Shown here: positions 59,139 through 64,000 of the stretch, piece after piece
Layout: every line of letters starts with the position of its first letter
How positions within the stretch are numbered: the first letter of the stretch is position 1
Source: an uncultured Chroococcidiopsis sp.
GTDB lineage: Bacteria > Cyanobacteriota > Cyanobacteriia > Cyanobacteriales > Chroococcidiopsidaceae
DNA: 64,000 nt
Reading direction: 5' to 3'
Assembly (NCBI GenBank): GCA_964248365.1
Contig: CAXTYC010000023.1
Coordinates: 11,598 to 75,597, forward strand
Notes under the pieces: generated by a model
Databases searched by the model: none
Seen by the model: the letters and a program-made list of their open reading frames with translations, nothing else
What the model was told of the DNA's origin: nothing
Position numbers and translations under genes: made by a program

Positions 59139-59942
59139 TTACCAACTACCAATTACCACTCTTGCTCCCCAGTCCTGCTTTAACTGTATCTGTGCATTGC
59201 CACAATTAACGGCGATTTCTACCCAACCATGACTGCCAATCAGAGCGATCGCACTGCCAACAGCACTGTTACTGTACGTTTCAACGAGTGGTATAGTCAA
59301 TCCATCTATGATCGCTAACCAAGTTTTTCCTTGTACCAATGTACCTGGGATATTAGTAATTAAATTGCCAAAGCGATCAATATATTGAATGCAGCCGACT
59401 ATCTCGTTATCTGTAAAAGTTAACTGGGGGAAATCTAGCTGAACCAAGCTTGAGGAGTCGATTTCTCTTCCCAGTGCTAGAAGAGGAACACCACTAGCAA
59501 GATGCGCTCCTACCGAGGCAAAGATATCTCTACCGTGAAATGTGCTTGCAGGATTGCTTGTGCGCCAATAATCAGAATTTGTCAGTTCAACAGCTGCAAT
59601 AGCTACACTTTGACTCAGTACACCACTGAATAACCCGTTGTCTGGTCCCACCAGAAAACCTGAATCAAATTCTACAGCGATCGCTCGTCTGCTGCTGCCT
59701 ACCCCTGGATCGACTACCGCTACATGAACCGTTCCTGTGGGAAAATAGGGATAGGCATTCATCAAACAAAACCTAGCGGCGGCAATGTTTTGCGGCTCAA
59801 TCTGGTGGGTTAGATCTACCACACTCACCTCCCAGTTGATGCAGGCGATCGCGCCTTTCATTACACCCACATACACATCACTTAACCCAAAGTCAGTCAT
59901 TAGGGTGAGGATTCGCTTTTGACTCATTTTCTCTACTACCAC
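59139..59942 (-). CDS. SAM hydrolase / halogenase family protein (DUF62)
   Basis: LMTDFG, VDLTH, VVDPGVGS, VGPDNG, STFHGRDIF, IDRFGNLITN. Confidence 0.92.
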   Translation of the reverse strand: MVVEKMSQKRILTLMTDFGLSDVYVGVMKGAIACINWEVSVVDLTHQIEPQNIAAARFCLMNAYPYFPTGTVHVAVVDPGVGSSRRAIAVEFDSGFLVGPDNGLFSGVLSQSVAIAAVELTNSDYWRTSNPASTFHGRDIFASVGAHLASGVPLLALGREIDSSSLVQLDFPQLTFTDNEIVGCIQYIDRFGNLITNIPGTLVQGKTWLAIIDGLTIPLVETYSNSAVGSAIALIGSHGWVEIAVNCGNAQIQLKQDWGARVVIGSW

Positions 59943-59981
59943 TAAAGAGCGATCTTGTTAATAACAGTTACAAATTATTCT

Positions 59982-60017
59982 GTAGCCCTTGTTACTAAAT
60001 TATTGCTATGTTATGAT
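59982..60017 (+). promoter_or_regulatory. NtcA site overlapping the -35 region of the pirA promoter (repressor geometry)
   Basis: GTA-GCCCTTGT-TAC at 59982-59995, only 16 nt before the extended -10 TGnTATGAT (60009-60017). Confidence 0.7.
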
Positions 60018-60056
60018 AAAAGAACATAAAGCAGAAAACACACAAAAAAGCTCACT

Positions 60057-60212
60057 ATGAACAGAAATAGACAACAAGATGTAAGACAAGCTGCCCAAGC
60101 GCATCGCCAAAGTATTCAGAGAAACATACAGCACCGCTTGGAAGTTGCCAAAGCCAAAGGTGATGAAAACCTAGTCCGTCAACTCGAAGCAGAAATGAAC
60201 CATTTCAATTAA
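60057..60212 (+). CDS. pirA: 51-aa PII-interacting regulator of arginine synthesis (Ssr0692-like); absent from the ORF track
   Basis: MNRNRQQDVRQAAQAHRQSIQRNIQHRLEVAKAKGDENLVRQLEAEMNHFN*; the HR..I...L.HRLEVA...GD..L...LE pattern matches recalled PirA. Confidence 0.8.
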   Translation: MNRNRQQDVRQAAQAHRQSIQRNIQHRLEVAKAKGDENLVRQLEAEMNHFN

Positions 60213-60264
60213 TTTGCGGTTGCTTCAAATTTGTAAGCAAATAAAAATTAATAAATAGAATGTG

Positions 60265-60438
60265 GTAGAGACGCGATGTTCATCGCGTCTCTATTTTTTT
60301 CCTCTCTCGTTCCCACAGCGATGCTTGGGAACGAGAGTAGCTGCCGCCTGGGAGCAAGAGTGGCTCAGCCTGGGAACGATAGTGGCGGCAGCTTGGAAAC
60401 GAGAGTAACTGTAGGGGCGAACAGCAGTACGCCCCTAC
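60265..60438. repeat. Stack of REP-like palindromes downstream of pirA
   Basis: GTAGAGACGCGATG-TT-CATCGCGTCTCTAT (60265-60294), CTCGTTCCCA...TGGGAACGAG units, GTAGGGGCG-N10-CGCCCCTAC (60411-60438). Confidence 0.75.
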
Positions 60439-60523
60439 TTCTGTACGGTCGTCGTAGCTATACTGGTTGTTTAACAGCCTACACCAATATCCACAATCGA
60501 CCATTGCAGCAAAGGAATTTTTC

Positions 60524-61336
60524 ATGAAAGCCGAAGTGATTACTGTGACAGCTAGTATTTGGGAGGTGTTACAAACCAATATTCGCTGGATGGGTTGGAA
60601 TCTATTTTTGGCTTTTGTGCCTCTGGATTTGAGTATTTCGCTGTTTTGTAGAGGACGAGTACACCTAGACAAAGTAGCACAAACTACAATCAACCGCTGG
60701 ATTTGGTGGCTGCGATTGTATATTTTCTTGGTTTTATTACCAAATGCACTTTATGTTTTGACTAGCGCGCACCTGCTGGCAGTTTTGCCGCTAGGTTTGA
60801 GTGCTTGGCTATTTTTACGGGGGAGATTGCACTCTCTAGTTTGGTGGTTAGGATTCTTAGTTTTCGTGGCTTTCTTACCCAACGCACCCTATGTTTTGAC
60901 CGATGTAATTCACCTTATAGGTGATATTCGTGTCATTCGCTCGGTGTGGTTGATTACTTTAGTTGTGTTGCCGATGTACCTGCTATTTATTATGTCTGGG
61001 TTTGAGGCTTACGTTTTATCATTAATTAACTTGGGCTACTACCTAAAGCGCATCGGTAAGCCAGGATGGATTTTAGGTGCAGAATTACTCATCCATGCTC
61101 TAAGTGCAGTTGGTATATATCTAGGAAGATTCTTGCGGTTCAATAGCTGGGATTTTATTACTCAACCGGATGCATTAGCAACTAGCTTAGTAGAAGATGT
61201 TTTAGGTAAACGTCCGTTAGTAATTATCGTCATTACCTTTGTCTGTCTTGCAGGCTTGTACTGGATAATGAAACGATTGACTCTAGGGATATTTTGGCAA
61301 AGACGCGAGGCAATGTTTAAAGTCAGTAGTAAGTAG
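60524..61336 (+). CDS. DUF1361-family membrane protein with an internal duplication
   Basis: WNLFLAFVPL, FLPNAPYVLTD.IHL, GIYLGRFLRFNSWD; the ATG at 60524 follows AAGGA. Confidence 0.85.
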   Translation: MKAEVITVTASIWEVLQTNIRWMGWNLFLAFVPLDLSISLFCRGRVHLDKVAQTTINRWIWWLRLYIFLVLLPNALYVLTSAHLLAVLPLGLSAWLFLRGRLHSLVWWLGFLVFVAFLPNAPYVLTDVIHLIGDIRVIRSVWLITLVVLPMYLLFIMSGFEAYVLSLINLGYYLKRIGKPGWILGAELLIHALSAVGIYLGRFLRFNSWDFITQPDALATSLVEDVLGKRPLVIIVITFVCLAGLYWIMKRLTLGIFWQRREAMFKVSSK

Positions 61337-61523
61337 TGAATACAACCTGCCAATTACCAATTACCAACTACCACGTTTATTAACCCTCCAGTCTATATTC
61401 ACCGGGTATCCACCTAAAGGAGGGTATAGGGTGCAGGCAATTTTTAATCAAAAGAAAGATGAAAGCATACCAGTATACGCATGAAATGAATCTAGGTCTG
61501 TTGTTTCATGACGTGGATAGGAA

Positions 61524-62702
61524 TTGCGTTATATGCCACTATTGTCTATTGATGAATTAAAAACTTTAGTAGAAAATCCCAAATCTCCTTGTGTCTCAAT
61601 TTATCTGCCTACACAAAAGGCAGGACCAGAAGTTAGACAAAACCCCATTCGCTTCAAAAATCTCATCCGTGAAGCCCAGGAACGACTAGATGCAATAGGT
61701 ATACGCCACACCGATGCGGTGGAATTTCTAAAATCTGCTCATGAACTCGATACAGGTGAGTTCTGGGAACACCAAGATCACGGATTAGCAATTTTTATTT
61801 CTCCAGATGTATTTCGCTACTATCAACTGCCGATGGAGTTTCAAGAATTGGTGGTAGTCAGCGATCAATTCCACCTCAAGCCACTGCTGCATTTGATCAA
61901 TAACGATGGGCGTTTTTACATCCTGGCTTTGAGTCAAAAGGATGTTCGCTTCTTTGAAGGAACACGCTACAGCGTCAACCAGGTAGAAGTAGAAAATATG
62001 CCCAAGAGTCTAGATGAAGCTCTCCAATATGACGATACTGCTAAAGAAGGGCAGTTTCGGATCGCTACATCAAAAGGGGGAACCTCCAATTCTGCTACGC
62101 AACCAGGTGCGTTTCATGGACAAGGAAGCCCCGATAGGGATAAGCATCAGGAAAGCATTTTGCAATTCTGCCATGCTGTTGATAGCGCATTGCACGAGAA
62201 ACTAAAGAATCAAAAAGCGCCTTTAGTGGTGGCGGGTGTTGAGTATCTCCATCCGATTTATCGAGAGGGGAATACTTATCCTCATCTGGTGGAGCAAGGC
62301 ATTACTGGAAATCCAGAAATCCTCAAACCCGAAGAATTGCACGACGGGGCTTGGCAAATTGTCGAGCCTTTGTTTCATCAGAAAGAGCAGGAGGCGATCG
62401 CGCGTTACCAGGAACTAGCAGGAGCTGATACAGGTAAAGCCTCTAATGATATTAAAGAAATCATCCCAGCTGCTTATTTCCAACGAATTGATTCTTTGAT
62501 CGTACCTGTAGGGCGGCAGATGTGGGGCGACTTCGATCCAGATACGATGAATGTAGATTTACACTCAGAACCCCTACCAGACGACGAGGATATGTTGGAT
62601 TTTGCCGCAATTCACACTCTGTTGAACGGCGGCACAGTTTACGCGGTTGAACCTGAGCAAGTGCCAGAACAAGCCCCAGCAGCAGCAATTTTCCGCTATT
62701 AG
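61524..62702 (+). CDS. Bacterial archaeo-eukaryotic release-factor-like (baeRF) protein
   Basis: CVSIYLPT, IRFKNL, FHLKPLL, PLVVAGV, IITGNP, GGTVYAV. Confidence 0.7.
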   Translation: MRYMPLLSIDELKTLVENPKSPCVSIYLPTQKAGPEVRQNPIRFKNLIREAQERLDAIGIRHTDAVEFLKSAHELDTGEFWEHQDHGLAIFISPDVFRYYQLPMEFQELVVVSDQFHLKPLLHLINNDGRFYILALSQKDVRFFEGTRYSVNQVEVENMPKSLDEALQYDDTAKEGQFRIATSKGGTSNSATQPGAFHGQGSPDRDKHQESILQFCHAVDSALHEKLKNQKAPLVVAGVEYLHPIYREGNTYPHLVEQGITGNPEILKPEELHDGAWQIVEPLFHQKEQEAIARYQELAGADTGKASNDIKEIIPAAYFQRIDSLIVPVGRQMWGDFDPDTMNVDLHSEPLPDDEDMLDFAAIHTLLNGGTVYAVEPEQVPEQAPAAAIFRY

Positions 62703-62845
62703 CTATTAGCTATTAGCAGTTGATTGACTAATGAGTATTAAAGATCTGCACTCGCGCTTAAATGGAGCTACGCGCCAGCGGTTAGCTGCTAACAACTAAC
62801 AGCTAACCGCGTTCTCGCAACCGCTAACCGCTATTAGCTAATAGC
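62700..62845. repeat. Degenerate heptamer arrays (TAGCTAT/CTAACAG/CTAACCG) between convergent genes
   Basis: Tandem AGCTATT and CTAACAA/CTAACAG/CTAACCG units; ACCAACT/ACCAATT arrays also occur at about 35874-35896, 35962-35985, 59133-59158 and 61350-61372. Confidence 0.75.
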
Positions 62846-62883
62846 TTTCAAAGGTCAACCCTAGCTTCTAGAACAGTCAGGAG

Positions 62884-63858
62884 TTAGTCAAAAACAGCTA
62901 ACCATAAAGGTAGCACTAGAAGATACAAGACTGTAGACAAGAAAATACTGCTAGCGATTAGTTTTCGGTCGAGGTTATATTCTTCAGCAAAAATTAGCCC
63001 AGCAAAAGCAGTAGGAACCCCTGACATCAAAACCATTGCCAAGCGGCGATCGCCAGATAATCCAAATAATAGCGTTGTTGTCACACCAACTAATCCTGGG
63101 ATAACCAAAACTCTTAAAATAGCTGGAATAAGAGCTTGTTTCAAACTCTTCCAACCTTGGATTTGGCACAGTCGCATTCCAATCAGTAAAAAAGCACAGG
63201 CGATAACAATATTGATAGAAGCTTCTAGTCCTGATTCAACGATTGGCGGTAGATGAACTGGTTGAGTTAGATAACCGATGACAAAAGCCCAAAGCACAGG
63301 GACAGTCAAAACGTCTCTTAGATGAATCCACCAGTGATGTGGTTGATTTGAACGACCATAAAAGCTAGCAATTAGCACTCCAAAACCATAAGCACCAATG
63401 ATGTTATGGGTAATGCTGTAAAACACAATCCAATTCAAGTAATCATTGCTAATTAAAGCAGGGGCTATACTTAATCCGACGAAGCCTGTATTACCTAATA
63501 CAGCCGCTAAAATAAAACTTCCCTGATAAGAAGCATTCTGCCATTGACTGGACAATTCTGATTTTTTTGATTGTGGCGATACATCTTGCCATTTCAAACC
63601 CAACAAACATAAATAAGCAACACCAAAGCCTAGTCCCAACGCTGCCAAAGTCACGACCGGAGCAAGTCCAGCAGGCTGGGAAAAATTAGTTTGACGGGCT
63701 AAAGCCAAAAGTTCCAGCGGTATACCAACCCAATAAAGACCACGCCCTAAAAACCGAGGCAATGTTTCTGGCAACAAACGAAAAAGCAATAGCCCCACAC
63801 CCGTCCATATAATTAGGGGCGTGTAAGCATGAAATAAAGTTTCTGTCATGAATAGCAA
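62884..63858 (-). CDS. AEC-family (auxin efflux carrier / malate permease-like) transporter
   Basis: LGNTGFVGL, PTAFAGLIFAEEYNLD; about 10 TM segments. Confidence 0.9.
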   Translation of the reverse strand: MLFMTETLFHAYTPLIIWTGVGLLLFRLLPETLPRFLGRGLYWVGIPLELLALARQTNFSQPAGLAPVVTLAALGLGFGVAYLCLLGLKWQDVSPQSKKSELSSQWQNASYQGSFILAAVLGNTGFVGLSIAPALISNDYLNWIVFYSITHNIIGAYGFGVLIASFYGRSNQPHHWWIHLRDVLTVPVLWAFVIGYLTQPVHLPPIVESGLEASINIVIACAFLLIGMRLCQIQGWKSLKQALIPAILRVLVIPGLVGVTTTLLFGLSGDRRLAMVLMSGVPTAFAGLIFAEEYNLDRKLIASSIFLSTVLYLLVLPLWLAVFD

Positions 63859-64000
63859 GTAGCAGTTAGCTGTTAGCTGTTATACCATTTCGTTAAATAA
63901 TTGCTACATTTGATCTCCCCTTTAAAAGGGGGGCATGGGGGGATTAAATGTGTTGTTTCCAAAAAGTGAATTGGTATTAGCTGTTAGCTTTGTGAGTATC

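Noticed and set aside
59139-59942. Fluorinase/chlorinase for a halogenated natural product
   Set aside because: No biosynthetic genes adjacent; the widespread DUF62 SAM-hydrolase role is more parsimonious.
60280-60693. 137-aa minus-strand ORF and the 60276-60527 plus-strand ORF
   Set aside because: They run through the GC-rich palindrome stack and overlap the DUF1361 gene; no protein-like motifs.

Overview
64 kb from a cyanobacterial chromosome. The HIP1 octamer GCGATCGC, heptamer STRR repeats, nrrA, pirA, mysABC and a CIRCE/K-box groESL operon suggest a terrestrial Nostocales- or Chroococcidiopsis-like strain; the lineage is an inference. (1) 1-24.7 kb is a Wzx/Wzy-type surface-polysaccharide cluster. 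Embedded in it, co-oriented and tightly spaced, are a stand-alone keto-acid-type NRPS-like enzyme (A-KR-T-TE) and a dedicated prephenate dehydrogenase (TyrA). A secreted tyrosinase that appears circularly permuted follows. Together these are the best candidate for an undescribed system: an aromatic (hydroxyphenyllactyl)-decorated and possibly tyrosinase-crosslinked sheath polysaccharide. (2) 24.9-40.7 kb is mostly housekeeping (ispG, ctp protease, EF-G paralog, regulators, groESL, nrrA), plus a small accessory slot with a GIY-YIG mini-protein and a decayed hicBA. (3) 41-49.3 kb holds mysABC followed directly by a pseudogenised beta-propeller glycoside hydrolase, and an Eco47II-like R-M system with a putative ribbon-helix-helix controller and twin palindromic operators. 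(4) 49.6-64 kb is mixed: an atypical Mo-oxidoreductase/ferritin-like/HPP operon, a TA pair, dprA, chrA, an unannotated pirA and transporters. No rRNA, tRNA, CRISPR array or intact transposase was recognised. No searches were run: family calls come from motifs read in the translations and from recalled family knowledge, and all need HMM/BLAST confirmation.
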